A DNA stretch of 64,000 bases. It comes from Candidatus Gastranaerophilales bacterium. Lineage in GTDB: Bacteria > Cyanobacteriota > Vampirovibrionia > Gastranaerophilales > Gastranaerophilaceae. The first letter of the stretch is position 1; every line of letters starts with the position of its first letter. Under the pieces are notes generated by a model, which was given only the letters and a program-made list of their open reading frames with translations, was not told the DNA's origin and ran no database searches. The position numbers and the translations under genes are program-made. The stretch lies in the NCBI GenBank assembly GCA_910587815.1, contig CAJUNK010000013.1, forward strand, positions 11,481-75,480. Direction: 5' to 3'. This document shows positions 63,901 through 64,000 of the stretch, one piece after another.

Positions 63901-64000
63901 GGTGCAGTAAAACAAAAAACCCAAATAAAGCCGTATACCAAACATAGGAGTTTAAATTATGGGAATTTTTATACGTACGCTCATAATCACATTAATTTTT

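Noticed and set aside
63960-64000. Start of another gene (ATG 63960, MGIFIRTLIITLIF...)
   Set aside because: Only 13 codons are visible before the window ends, which is too little to support a call.

Overview
Low-GC (about 30% by eye) bacterial chromosome segment; taxon not identifiable without a search. It has three blocks. (1) 1-2815 is host DNA: partial argF, a membrane protein, a hexapeptide acetyltransferase, and the severed 3' tail of a glycosyltransferase gene. (2) 2816-34198 is an apparently complete 31,383-bp Mu-like transposable prophage. Its ends can be read to the base: TG...CA imperfect terminal inverted repeats (19/25 identical), reiterated GTTTGAGAA end repeats, and a 5-bp GTTTT target-site duplication. 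It encodes a Dam-type methylase, lysis genes, a P2/Mu-type contractile tail, head genes, terminase/portal/MuF/G, an S24-type repressor, Ner-like protein, MuA, MuB, GemA, Gam and Mor. (3) 34199-64000 is host DNA: a ~12.7-kb surface-polysaccharide locus that the phage has split, followed by a holin-IV-like gene, a large coiled-coil protein with a lysozyme-like C-terminus, def-fmt-aroH, two M16 peptidases, a TPR protein, two ABC permeases, MgtC and infB-rbfA-truB. The best leads are inside the prophage: a GC-rich, hairpin-dense island in the 555-bp endolysin/Dam gap, convergent with an untracked 54-codon hydrophobic ORF; a three-member family of GC-rich intergenic elements; a MuF protein with a long C-terminal nuclease-like extension plus a small downstream gene; a membrane-anchored gene co-transcribed with the repressor; and an unusual genome architecture. 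Host-side observations are a G9 tract at the aminotransferase/GNAT junction, a (CT)n tract in the severed gene tail, and a truB gene swollen by low-complexity insertions. All family assignments come from motif recognition by eye; no database search was possible.
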